Shown: piece after piece, positions 49,405 through 58,008 of the stretch
Position numbering within the stretch: the first letter of the stretch is position 1
How the letters are laid out: each line of letters begins with the position of its first letter
NCBI GenBank assembly: GCA_964638425.1
Contig: CAZWYM010000001.1
Span: forward strand, 74,441-138,440
Reading direction: 5' to 3'
Length of the DNA stretch: 64,000 nucleotides
From: an uncultured Candidatus Saccharibacteria bacterium
Lineage (GTDB): Bacteria; Patescibacteriota; Minisyncoccia; Phycocordibacterales; UBA918
Notes under the pieces: model-generated
Told to the model about the DNA's origin: nothing
Databases searched by the model: none
Seen by the model: only the letters and a program-made list of their open reading frames with translations
Translations under genes and position numbers: made by a program

Positions 49405-51075
49405 TTAGTTTTTGCTCTCGTAGGAGGCCTTGATGAAGGCGGTAAACAAAGGATGCGGACTCAAAGGACGCGCATGGAACTCTGGATGGAATTGCACGCC
49501 AACAAAGAATGGGTGGACCTCACGAGGAAGTTCCATAATTTCCATGAGCTTTTGGTCGGGCGATGTTCCTGAGAAGACGACCCCTTTAGCACTGAGACGC
49601 TCAACGTACGCTGGATTCACCTCGTAGCGGTGACGATGACGTTCGGTAACCTCAAGCGCTCCATAAGCACGCGCAGCGATACTTCCCTTCTTGAGTGAAG
49701 CGGTGTATTCACCGAGACGCATGGTGCCTCCCATTTCGCCTCGTGCAATCTTCTCCTTCTGGTCGGGCATCACACCAATGACGAGATGTTCTGCGTTCGG
49801 ATTTATTTCCTCGGTACTCGCATCCTTAAGCTTGAGAATGTTCTGTGCATACTCAAGAACAGCGAGTTGCATACCATAGCAAATACCGAAATACGGGATG
49901 TTATTTTTGCGGACATACTCAATCACATTGAGCTTCCCCTCGATACCGGTAGTACCAAATCCCCCAGGGATGAGTACCCCGTCGTACTCTTGCAAGTTCT
50001 TCAACTTCTTCTTATCTGAGAATGAAACAGAAGAAATGTAGTGAATCTCTGGCTTGAGGTGGAGCGCGTACGCTGAGTACTTAATTGCTTCGAGGACTGA
50101 GAGGTACACATCCGATAGGATGAAGTCACCCGAATTAAAGTACTTCCCAACAACGGCAATCTTCACCACGTCCTTTCCGTTCTTTGAACGCTTCACAAAG
50201 TTCTTCCAGTTGGTGAGGTTGGATGGTTTCTTTTTCTTGATACCGAGCACGTCGCAAATACGAAGTGAAAGATCGTCTTTTTCAAAATTCACTGGGACGT
50301 CGTACACACTCGCTACATCAGGAGCTGAGATAACATGCTCAGGCCGTACGTTGCAGAAGCGTGCGATTTTTTCCTTTCGCTTCTTATCGAGTGGTACGGG
50401 ACCACGTGCGAGGATGAAGTCTGCAAAGACGCCCGTGCTGTTGAGGATGCGTGCGGCGGTTTGGGTAGGCTTTGTTTTCATTTCGCCGATGCTTCCCGGG
50501 ACAGGAAGATAGCTCACCATAACGACTGCAACTGAGTCGGGCATCTCTGTCTTCATCATGCGGACAGCTTCAAGGAAGAGTACGTTCTGGTACTCGCCCA
50601 CTGTTCCACCGATTTCGATAGTGGTGACGTCTGCGTTTGCTGTTTCGGCAGCCTTCTTGATACGACGAATCACCTCCTCAGGGATGTGTGGCACTACTTC
50701 AACGTTGTGTCCTCCGTACTCGAGGTTGCGCTCCTTCCTGATGACGTCTTGGTACACGCTCCCCGTCGTCATGTAGTTGATGCCAGGAATATTGGTATTG
50801 AGGAAACGTTCATAGTTCCCCATGTCTTGGTCGGTCTCGAGACCATTCTCGAGGACAAACACTTCACCGTGTTCGGTAGGGTTCATGGTTCCTGCATCGA
50901 CGTTGATGTATGGATCAATTTTGATTGAGGTAACGGTAAGTCCTCGCGCCTGAAGGAGAAGCGCTATTGAAGAAGAGGCAACACCCTTCCCCACTCCACT
51001 CATAACGCCACCGACGACAAATATGTACTTATGTTCTTTTTTCTTTGGTGTTTTCTGATTTTTTTTGACTGCCAT
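49405..51075 (-). CDS. pyrG: CTP synthase
   Basis: Synthetase domain (YIFVVGGVMSGVGKG) and glutamine amidotransferase domain (GICYGMQ). Start chosen at MAVKK...; the track ORF extends to 51144. Confidence 0.9.
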   Translation of the reverse strand: MAVKKNQKTPKKKEHKYIFVVGGVMSGVGKGVASSSIALLLQARGLTVTSIKIDPYINVDAGTMNPTEHGEVFVLENGLETDQDMGNYERFLNTNIPGINYMTTGSVYQDVIRKERNLEYGGHNVEVVPHIPEEVIRRIKKAAETANADVTTIEIGGTVGEYQNVLFLEAVRMMKTEMPDSVAVVMVSYLPVPGSIGEMKTKPTQTAARILNSTGVFADFILARGPVPLDKKRKEKIARFCNVRPEHVISAPDVASVYDVPVNFEKDDLSLRICDVLGIKKKKPSNLTNWKNFVKRSKNGKDVVKIAVVGKYFNSGDFILSDVYLSVLEAIKYSAYALHLKPEIHYISSVSFSDKKKLKNLQEYDGVLIPGGFGTTGIEGKLNVIEYVRKNNIPYFGICYGMQLAVLEYAQNILKLKDASTEEINPNAEHLVIGVMPDQKEKIARGEMGGTMRLGEYTASLKKGSIAARAYGALEVTERHRHRYEVNPAYVERLSAKGVVFSGTSPDQKLMEIMELPREVHPFFVGVQFHPEFHARPLSPHPLFTAFIKASYESKN

Positions 51076-51076
51076 G

Positions 51077-51997
51077 CTATACACTGAGATACCGAGCAAT
51101 TGCGAGTGTACTTGATGCTGTACCAAGGACAATACCTGAACCAACGAGAACGAAGAAGAGGTATCCGAAGTTGGTCACAAAGTACGTGAATATATTAAAT
51201 GAGAAGAATGCTTCTGTGTGTGGGCCAAGCCAGAGGACGGTTGGGTACAAGATGAGGAGTGCAACGACGCCTGCAATAAGACCATACATAATCCCCTGCA
51301 ATACGAACGGACCACGGATGTACATGTTGGACGCTCCAACGAGTCGCATGACACCTATTTCCTCGCGTGAGGTATAGATGGTGAGACGAATAGTATTAAA
51401 TGCAATCAAGACTGATGAGATGATGAGAACAATCATGGTGATGTAGCTCACTCGCTCGACGGTATTGATGATGTTGGTGAGCTTGTCGATGGCGTTCTTG
51501 TTTTGGTTGAAGTTGATACGGTCGATAAGTGGTGACTCTGTTGCTTCTATATCGCGATGCTGTTCGAGGAAGAGTGCAATGCTTTCGTACTGAGAAGTCT
51601 CCTTTGCGCGGATTGAGAGTGACGCTCCGAGTGGGTTCTCGCCGAGTTCTTCGAGTGCTTGGATGGTGAGCTCGTCGTTCTTGTGTCGTTCACGGAATTC
51701 ACGAAGCGCATCTTCACGTGAGGTGTACACCACTGCTCGTACGTCTGGGAGCGTCTCGATAGAAGTCTTCAAATCGAGCACTGCTTGTTCTTCTGCAGTC
51801 GTCACCATGTAGACATTGATGTCTACCTTATCCTTCACCTGTACGAGTGACGCATTGAGAAGCTGTCCTAGGAGTATCATCGCTCCGACGACGGTGAGTG
51901 TAACGGTAATCACAAAAATGGCTGAGAGCGAAACGAACGCACTCCGCCAAAACCCAACAAACCCTGCACGAATAATTCGTTTGAGACTCGTAATCAT
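51077..51997 (-). CDS. ftsX: cell-division permease FtsX
   Basis: FtsX topology immediately downstream of ftsE. ORF opens at 52033; Met at 51997 avoids overlap. Confidence 0.7.
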   Translation of the reverse strand: MITSLKRIIRAGFVGFWRSAFVSLSAIFVITVTLTVVGAMILLGQLLNASLVQVKDKVDINVYMVTTAEEQAVLDLKTSIETLPDVRAVVYTSREDALREFRERHKNDELTIQALEELGENPLGASLSIRAKETSQYESIALFLEQHRDIEATESPLIDRINFNQNKNAIDKLTNIINTVERVSYITMIVLIISSVLIAFNTIRLTIYTSREEIGVMRLVGASNMYIRGPFVLQGIMYGLIAGVVALLILYPTVLWLGPHTEAFFSFNIFTYFVTNFGYLFFVLVGSGIVLGTASSTLAIARYLSV

Positions 51998-52004
51998 AAC
52001 TATA

Positions 52005-52688
52005 TTAAAGCACGTACTTACCCTCTGCGTCATCCCTTACTATCCGACCTTCATCCATCGTGATGACTCGACGACCAAGTGCATCAATAACGCCCTTATT
52101 GTGGGTCGTCATAATGACCGTTGTGCCGAGATCGTTGATTTTCTTGAGAATTTGAACCACCTCGTATGTCGCAATCGGGTCGAGGTTTCCTGTTGGTTCG
52201 TCGGCAATAATCATGTCGGGCTGGTTCACAATCGCTCGCGCAATAGCGACACGCTGTTTCTCCCCTCCTGAAAGCTCATGGGGGAAATTCCATACCTTGT
52301 CGCCAAGGTCGACGAGTTCGAGTGCTTGTGGCACGTTTTCTGCAATTTCTGCATCGGTGCGACCGTTCGCCTCCATTGCAAAGGCAATATTCTCATACGC
52401 GGTTTTGTTAGGAAGGAGTTTGAAATCCTGAAATACCGTTCCAATCTTTCTTCGGAACTTTGGGAGCGCCCCTCGTGAGATGGTGTGGATGTCGAGTGAC
52501 TCAAAAAAGACCTGCCCCTTTGTCGGAGAATCTTCAGCAATGAGCATCTTAAGGAGGGTCGTCTTGCCCGCTCCTGAGTGTCCGACGAGCGACACGAATT
52601 CACCTGGAGCTACCTGAAACGTTACTTCTTGGAGTGCAACCGAACGTCCACCGTTGTAGATTTTCGAAACGTTATCAAAGTAAATCAT
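52005..52688 (-). CDS. ftsE: cell-division ATP-binding protein FtsE
   Basis: Walker [13 protein letters not shown] signature [14 protein letters not shown]. Confidence 0.85.
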   Translation of the reverse strand: MIYFDNVSKIYNGGRSVALQEVTFQVAPGEFVSLVGHSGAGKTTLLKMLIAEDSPTKGQVFFESLDIHTISRGALPKFRRKIGTVFQDFKLLPNKTAYENIAFAMEANGRTDAEIAENVPQALELVDLGDKVWNFPHELSGGEKQRVAIARAIVNQPDMIIADEPTGNLDPIATYEVVQILKKINDLGTTVIMTTHNKGVIDALGRRVITMDEGRIVRDDAEGKYVL

Positions 52689-52701
52689 ATACTCTTCTAT
52701 T

Positions 52702-53595
52702 TTAACCTAACTGGGTCTCTGAGTCTATAAATATCTGAATATCACCTTGTAATACCTTCTCAATATCGCGCACCTCTGTGTCGGTGCGATGATCTTTTAC
52801 GAGCTGGTACGGATGGAGTACGTATGAACGTATCTGACTTCCCCATTCAATCTTGAGAGTCTTCTCTACCGACAAGCCCTTGAGCTCGCGCTTGTGTTGC
52901 TCTTCTTCAAAGGCGTATACCTTTCCTGCGAGGAGTGCGAGTGCCTTCTCTTTGTTTTGTTGTTGACTACGCTCTGAAGAAACGTGCACTGAAATTTTGG
53001 TCGCGAGGTGTGAGGCACGCACTGCGGTCTCGCGTTTGTTTACGTTTTGCCCTCCTGCTCCTCCAGCTTTTGCATAGGTAATCTCTATATCGTCGTCATG
53101 TAGTCCAACCTCCTTTACGTCGTCAATACGTGGTGAGATTTCAACAAGTGCAAAGGAGGTCTGTCGCTTCGCGTTTGCATTGAAGGGAGAGATACGCACC
53201 AAGCGGTGCACCCCCGACTCGAGTCTCAGTGTCCCGTACGCTTCTTTTCCTCCTATTTCAAATACGACGTTGCGGTATCCATTGTGGTCGTTTGTATTTG
53301 AATCAATAATCGAAACTGACCACCCTCTCCCCTCAGCATATTTCTGGTACATCTCTACAAGCATCCGCGCAAAGTCTTCTGCATCGTCTCCTCCTGCACC
53401 AGCAACGACGGTAACGATTGCGTTGTTCCTGTCGTACTTCCCCTTCCCGTCTTTTTCTGCCTTGAGTGTTTCAAGTTCCTTAAACATTGCCTGCGCTTCC
53501 TTGGGGTTGTTCCAAAAATCAGAGCGCACCATTGCGTCTTCAATTTCCTTTATTCGTTCCTCAGGCGAGAGTGACATAGAATATGAGTATACCAC
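52702..53595 (-). CDS. prfB: peptide chain release factor 2 (N-terminally short; GTG start)
   Basis: SPF tripeptide (RISPFNANA) and GGQ motif (AGGQNVNK). No in-frame CTT TGA frameshift site seen. Confidence 0.8.
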   Translation of the reverse strand: MVYSYSMSLSPEERIKEIEDAMVRSDFWNNPKEAQAMFKELETLKAEKDGKGKYDRNNAIVTVVAGAGGDDAEDFARMLVEMYQKYAEGRGWSVSIIDSNTNDHNGYRNVVFEIGGKEAYGTLRLESGVHRLVRISPFNANAKRQTSFALVEISPRIDDVKEVGLHDDDIEITYAKAGGAGGQNVNKRETAVRASHLATKISVHVSSERSQQQNKEKALALLAGKVYAFEEEQHKRELKGLSVEKTLKIEWGSQIRSYVLHPYQLVKDHRTDTEVRDIEKVLQGDIQIFIDSETQLG

Positions 53596-53710
53596 TTAAT
53601 CCTTACCAAGCATTTCGTTGCTTTTACAATGCGAAAGGAACATTATTTCCTCCTTTATTTCTTGACATGCGGTACCAAAGAGATACTGTGGATAGAGAAA
53701 GGAGACGACC

Positions 53711-53929
53711 ATGACCAAGCTCACATTTAAACCTCTTTCGAGAGGACGGTACCGATGTAATCAAACAGGAACAATCATGACACAACGGCAAATTCTTGCC
53801 TACGTATCTGGCTTCCTTGCTACGGGACATGAAGTGAAGATTGCACCAACACACTCCCCTTCACCAAACGCACCCGCGGAGGAAAAGAAACAAGACCATC
53901 CATCAAAATACAGGACAAAACATTCATGA
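53711..53929 (+). CDS. small hypothetical protein
   Basis: 72-aa ORF with SD-like AAAGGAGA 8 nt upstream and a hairpin terminator at ~53945-53975. Confidence 0.35.
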   Translation: MTKLTFKPLSRGRYRCNQTGTIMTQRQILAYVSGFLATGHEVKIAPTHSPSPNAPAEEKKQDHPSKYRTKHS

Positions 53930-54144
53930 AAATACGACCAACGGACACTCTCAAGTGTCCGTTTCTTTATAAAAAATACCCCCGCGGTGGGTATTTATGT
54001 TTTTGACGTCAGCTCACTAATTCGCTTACGCTCAAAAGTGGCTCCTGTCCGACCTCGCGGTTTTGGCATTATAAATAGCCAAAACATCGCTCCGGTTCTC
54101 AAAGCTAAAAAACAACACGCAGGTGTTGTTTTTCTTTACGCCTT

Positions 54145-54162
54145 GAGCCATCTCCCGGGATT
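54145..54162. repeat. direct copy of the 3' 18 nt of tRNA-Thr(GGT)
   Basis: gagccatctcccgggatt is identical to 54301-54318. Confidence 0.7.
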
Positions 54163-54256
54163 GGCGTCCAACTCTAGTTCACTACGTTCACAAGAGTTAC
54201 CTGCCCGCGGTTTGCTGTTTCGTGACATTAGGAATAATGTCACTCACATCGCAAAC

Positions 54257-54276
54257 CGTTCAATCCCGGGAGATGT
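54257..54276. repeat. inverted partial copy of the tRNA-Thr(GGT) T-arm/acceptor 3' end
   Basis: ccgttcaatcccgggagatg. Confidence 0.6.
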
Positions 54277-54301
54277 CTCCCTCGTCATTATATTCCTCGT
54301 G

Positions 54302-54374
54302 AGCCATCTCCCGGGATTGAACCGGGGACCTCATCCTTACCATGGATGCGCTCTACCGACTGAGCTAAGATGGC
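54302..54374 (-). tRNA. tRNA-Thr (anticodon GGT)
   Basis: Acceptor GCCATCT/AGATGGC, D-arm GCTC AGTCGGTA GAGC, anticodon stem CATCC/GGATG with loop ATGGTAA, T-arm CCCGG TTCAATC CCGGG. Confidence 0.8.
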
Positions 54375-54518
54375 AATAGTACAGTGTGAAGGTGGTTAAA
54401 AATTCATTGACATAGGGAGTGTCAATTTAGGACCACTATAGGTATGGTCAACGCCCCTCACACTGCGATAGAAGAATACCAAAGTTTTCACTGAAAACAA
54501 AACGTATCGATACCTAGA

Positions 54519-55361
54519 TTAGAGGGAAAGTTCATTCATCCGAGCAAATGTAAATCCTTCGTCTTCCAATGCATCAAGGAGATTGGTGTAATATTCTTGA
54601 TACTTTTCGGCACTATGCGCAGGACCATCTGCAAAATCTTGTGGGTGCAACATAATAATGCAGTAGGTACTTGTCTCAAATCCAACCTTGCATGATTCCA
54701 CAATTTTTTCTGGGGTAAGAAGCGAATCTGTATCATAGTTAAATGTAGATGTGTCGTAATCGAATTGCCCTTTCCCTTCCGATGAGAGGTGTGTGAATCC
54801 GAGTTCATGGAGGGCCTCTACGGTACCTTGCGAATGTACGTTAAACGGAGGAATCCATGTCACAACAGGCTCTTCCGTAACCCCACGTAGCACTTCTAAA
54901 CCAAACAAGATGTGTTCGCGCGCTTCTTCTTTTGTGTATGTACCAAACTCTGGATGGTTGCCATATTCTCCTCCATCGTGTGTTAGCCCATGTAGTGCAA
55001 TTTCATTACGACATGCCGTGGCTTTAAGAAAAGCGCTCAGTGCTTTGTCATCATTAAGACCTAACGGAATGAGTCCTAGAGTAAGTGGTATGTCACGCTT
55101 CCCTGCATCAGTGATCATTTTTTCGCTTGTTTCCCTCCATGAGTAGGCTTGAATGTCGTCAATACGTAGTACGACTGTTTTATCACTCACCGTTCCCTCA
55201 AGTGGTATACAGGTTTTATTAATAGAAACATCGACTGGTAATACACCAGAATTACTGAAAAAAGCAACATAAATAACTCCTGCAACCATTCCTCCAAACA
55301 CGGCAATAATACCGACGAGACGGAGTGCTTGTGTAAATTGTTTTAAAAGTGACGGCTTCAT
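54519..55361 (-). CDS. polysaccharide deacetylase (NodB-homology) family protein, membrane anchored
   Basis: RIDDI (TFDDG-like) and HGLTHD motifs. Confidence 0.6.
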   Translation of the reverse strand: MKPSLLKQFTQALRLVGIIAVFGGMVAGVIYVAFFSNSGVLPVDVSINKTCIPLEGTVSDKTVVLRIDDIQAYSWRETSEKMITDAGKRDIPLTLGLIPLGLNDDKALSAFLKATACRNEIALHGLTHDGGEYGNHPEFGTYTKEEAREHILFGLEVLRGVTEEPVVTWIPPFNVHSQGTVEALHELGFTHLSSEGKGQFDYDTSTFNYDTDSLLTPEKIVESCKVGFETSTYCIIMLHPQDFADGPAHSAEKYQEYYTNLLDALEDEGFTFARMNELSL

Positions 55362-55449
55362 GAATGTACAATATATAGTATCATTCTAAAAAGACAATCA
55401 GGGAAGATTGTTTGATACTGAGGTATATATGTACTAGAGTAATTTAGTT

Positions 55450-55522
55450 GCCGTTTTAGCTCAGTTGGTAGAGCATTGCATTCGTAACGCAAAGGTCCGG
55501 AGTTCGATCCTCCGAGACGGCT
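55450..55522 (+). tRNA. tRNA-Thr (anticodon CGT)
   Basis: Acceptor GCCGTTT/AGACGGC, D-arm GCTC AGTTGGTA GAGC, anticodon loop TTCGTAA, T-arm CGGAG TTCGATC CTCCG. One A31/C39 mismatch. Confidence 0.75.
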
Positions 55523-55632
55523 CATGAAGTAAATGAGGGGTCTCGGATATATGTTTCAATATATACCTAGGATCGAAAAGGATGTCGGGATTTTCTCCCG
55601 AAAATACCATACAACCTGAACAGAATCTGTAA

Positions 55633-55656
55633 GATTCGATCCTCCGAGACGGCTCA
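55633..55656. repeat. direct partial copy of the tRNA-Thr(CGT) 3' end (22/24 nt)
   Basis: gattcgatcctccgagacggctca versus 55501-55524. Confidence 0.7.
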
Positions 55657-55734
55657 GAATAAAGCCTGGATATAGCGTTGCAAAATATGTATAGAACGGC
55701 TATACTCATCGCTATCGCATGTGTTGATACATTT

Positions 55735-55808
55735 GCGGTGGTAGCTCAACTGGTTAGAGCACCCGCCTGTCACGCGGGAGGTTGCGGGTTCGAGTCCCGT
55801 CTACCGCG
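55735..55808 (+). tRNA. tRNA-Asp (anticodon GTC)
   Basis: Acceptor GCGGTGG/CTACCGC, anticodon stem CCCGC/GCGGG with loop CTGTCAC, T-arm GCGGG TTCGAGT CCCGT, discriminator G. Confidence 0.85.
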
Positions 55809-55816
55809 CAATTAGT

Positions 55817-55848
55817 AAAACGGCAATTTCAAACGAAATTGCCGTTTT
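55817..55848 (+). terminator. hairpin terminator after tRNA-Asp
   Basis: aaaacggcaatttc aaacg aaattgccgtttt. Confidence 0.55.
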
Positions 55849-55989
55849 ACGTTATGAGCGGTAGTTTCAAATGTGTGGGACACATTTGAAAAGGGGCTCG
55901 AAGAATCTGAGCAGGCTCTGCGAAGAGTGTACTGAACAAAACAATTTCGAGATATTTTCCTTAAAATATGGGATAAGACGCCAAGGATT

Positions 55990-56185
55990 GGTCACGAGTT
56001 GCTAAGTATTATTCGAAGCAAAGCTTCTTAAATCCTAAGCACTCTCGACTCCACCTCGACTCTACCTCCTGCCCCGCAGGCAAGTCTGCGGTTTTCAATC
56101 CTTGCCGTCGAAAAACTTAGTACACAAAACACCAGATGTGTATCTGGTGTTTTGTGTACTTGTGTCGACGGCAAGGATTGAAACG
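55990..56185. repeat. structured repeat element X (~190 bp): GC motif, inverted tRNA-Met 3'-end arm, 42-bp palindrome, direct tRNA-Met 3'-end arm
   Basis: Homologous (~75% by eye) to element Y at 57372..57560. Outer arms at 56097-56112 and 56162-56184 equal the tRNA-Met 3' end. Confidence 0.65.
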
Positions 56186-56293
56186 TACCGTTTCCGTTTA
56201 GGTTGTATGATACTTTCCTCCTTCGGTCGAAAGTATCGACAACCTTTTCAATCCCTGACGTACTCTTTCCCAAAGAGTACTCCCTCGCCAGTC

Positions 56294-56316
56294 AAAAACC
56301 GCCGTGAGGCGGTTTT
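56294..56316 (-). terminator. rho-independent terminator just after the tRNA-Met 3' end
   Basis: aaaaaccgccgtgaggcggtttt. Confidence 0.6.
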
Positions 56317-56321
56317 ATTTG

Positions 56322-56394
56322 TGTCGACGGCAAGGATTGAACTTGCGACCTTATCTTTATGAGTGATATGCTCTACCAACTGAGCTACGCCGAC
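56322..56394 (-). tRNA. tRNA-Met (anticodon CAT; elongator or Ile-lysidine type)
   Basis: Acceptor GTCGGCG/CGTCGAC, D-arm GCTC AGTTGGTA GAGC, anticodon loop CTCATAA, T-arm GCAAG TTCAATC CTTGC. Confidence 0.75.
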
Positions 56395-56603
56395 AGGTGA
56401 ATGCGCGAGCGAAATAAGAATATGTATATTCTTATTTTCGAGCAAATGAAATCTGTATGGTTCCCCTACGAGTGAGGAAGGGGGTGAAAATTTATTTTCA
56501 CCCATTTTCCGAACGAAGTCGGCGGAAGCTTTGCTTACACCGACATACACATAATGTGCGTGTGCAAGAATACCATTAGATATCCTTCCCTTCAACCTTC
56601 TTA

Positions 56604-57281
56604 TTATCGCATTGATAAAATTGTTTCCGCCTTCACTATATCTTCTGGGTATCCTATTGGAATCCAGAATTGCTCCTCAACTACCGCAACAGGATACTCC
56701 CGCGCATACCGCTCAATCACTTCAGTGAGATAATACTCGCCATTGACTGGATTTGCTGGTTCAAATTGAAATATACGGTCATCGAGAACCATGACTCCTG
56801 TCGAAACGAGATTAGAAGGAGGGTGTGTCGGTTTTTCAACAATTTCTGAAAGTGTTCCATCTGGGTTACGCACGACTACTCCGAAACGCTCTGGTGTATC
56901 ACTTGTTTTTGCGAGCATACCCCGACTGTATGATGCGACGCGTGCAATATCATCCTTGCCGTGGATATCGTCGGCAAACATAAAAAGGAAACGTCCCTTC
57001 AGAAGGTCTTTACATAACCAAAGTGCTCGCGCTGTTCCATCTTGCTCAACTTGCTCGATATAGGTTACCTTCTTCCCTTGGAATTCAGAACCGTAATATT
57101 CACGGATTTGGTCACCTAGATAACCCACCACAATGATAAGCTCGTCGACAGCGCTCGGGAGCGCATCAATGATGTGATTGAGGAGTGGCTTCCCCGACAC
57201 AGGAACGAGTGGCTTAGGAGTATTTTCTGTAAGCGGGCGGAGACGTGTCCCCTTTCCTGCTGCTAAAATGACGCATTGCAT
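56604..57281 (-). CDS. sugar-phosphate nucleotidyltransferase (NTP_transferase family)
   Basis: N-terminal VILAAGKGTRLRPLT signature. The track ORF extends to 57596; ATG at 57279-57281 chosen. Confidence 0.75.
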   Translation of the reverse strand: MQCVILAAGKGTRLRPLTENTPKPLVPVSGKPLLNHIIDALPSAVDELIIVVGYLGDQIREYYGSEFQGKKVTYIEQVEQDGTARALWLCKDLLKGRFLFMFADDIHGKDDIARVASYSRGMLAKTSDTPERFGVVVRNPDGTLSEIVEKPTHPPSNLVSTGVMVLDDRIFQFEPANPVNGEYYLTEVIERYAREYPVAVVEEQFWIPIGYPEDIVKAETILSMR

Positions 57282-57371
57282 ATACTCGTATTTATAGCAT
57301 GAAAGCATAAAACAAAAAAACACCCCATACGGGGTGCTTTTTGTAACGTGTTGCGAGAGGTGTGGAATCGA

Positions 57372-57560
57372 CATCGAGTTCCTAAGTATTTTTCGCAAAC
57401 TCAAAATACTAAGGACTTGTCGGCTCACCTCGGCACTTACCCCCGCCCCGCGGGCGTGCCTGCGGTCGTTCGATTCCAGACATTTTCGCAGAGAATACAA
57501 AAAGATCTGCATAATGCAGATCTTTTTGTATTCTTGTTGCGGAGCCTGGAATCGAACCAG
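57372..57560. repeat. structured repeat element Y; second copy of the X family
   Basis: T-arm-like inverted arms gttcgattccag (57468-57479) and ctggaatcgaac (57547-57558) around a 41-bp perfect palindrome (57493-57533). Confidence 0.65.
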
Positions 57561-58008
57561 GGTCTGGAGGTTATGCTTACCTGCTACAATTTTCATTGCT
57601 CAAGCGATAGCTTGATTTGTGGTCTGGACTATACCTTCATCTTTCTTAAAAAAGTTAAGATGCCTACCATCTAGTCTCTACACCTTCCCATCACTTTGAT
57701 GGGCTTGGCTCGGTATTGCCATGTGCTATACGCACGAAGGTTTCACCGAATTTGGCAGGATTCCATAGAGCATTTCTGCTTTACGAGCCCAATTGAGCCT
57801 CCCGAGGTACCTCTCCTCTACTCCGCGATGATGTGTTTGCTTACCTCTCCTCGTCCCTACTTGAACAAGTGAGGGCGGAAGAATGAATTTATTCATTCTC
57901 TACGTACGAACGCAGTTCAAGCAAGCTTTGCTTACAGGACCTGTTCTTCTACTCACCTCAAAATAATGAGTACACATGAATGTACCGCATGTTTTGAATA
58001 TACGCAAA

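Noticed and set aside
52702-53660. Programmed +1 frameshift in prfB
   Set aside because: No CTT TGA C heptamer with upstream SD in any frame near the 5' end; the in-frame stop before the GTG is TAA, so the canonical mechanism does not apply.
53987-54379. 130-aa plus-strand ORF
   Set aside because: It overlaps tRNA-Thr(GGT) and the tRNA-derived repeats; its translation mirrors the repeats (SHLPGL twice); spurious.
56028-56362. Overlapping ORFs 56028..56273 (-) and 56102..56362 (+)
   Set aside because: They lie entirely within palindromic repeat element X and the tRNA-Met trailer; their repetitive translations come from the inverted repeats.
57334-57674. ORFs 57334..57615 and 57348..57674 (+)
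   Set aside because: They cover repeat element Y; no coding signal; the upstream part of the 56604..57596 ORF beyond Met 57281 is likewise read-through of this repeat.
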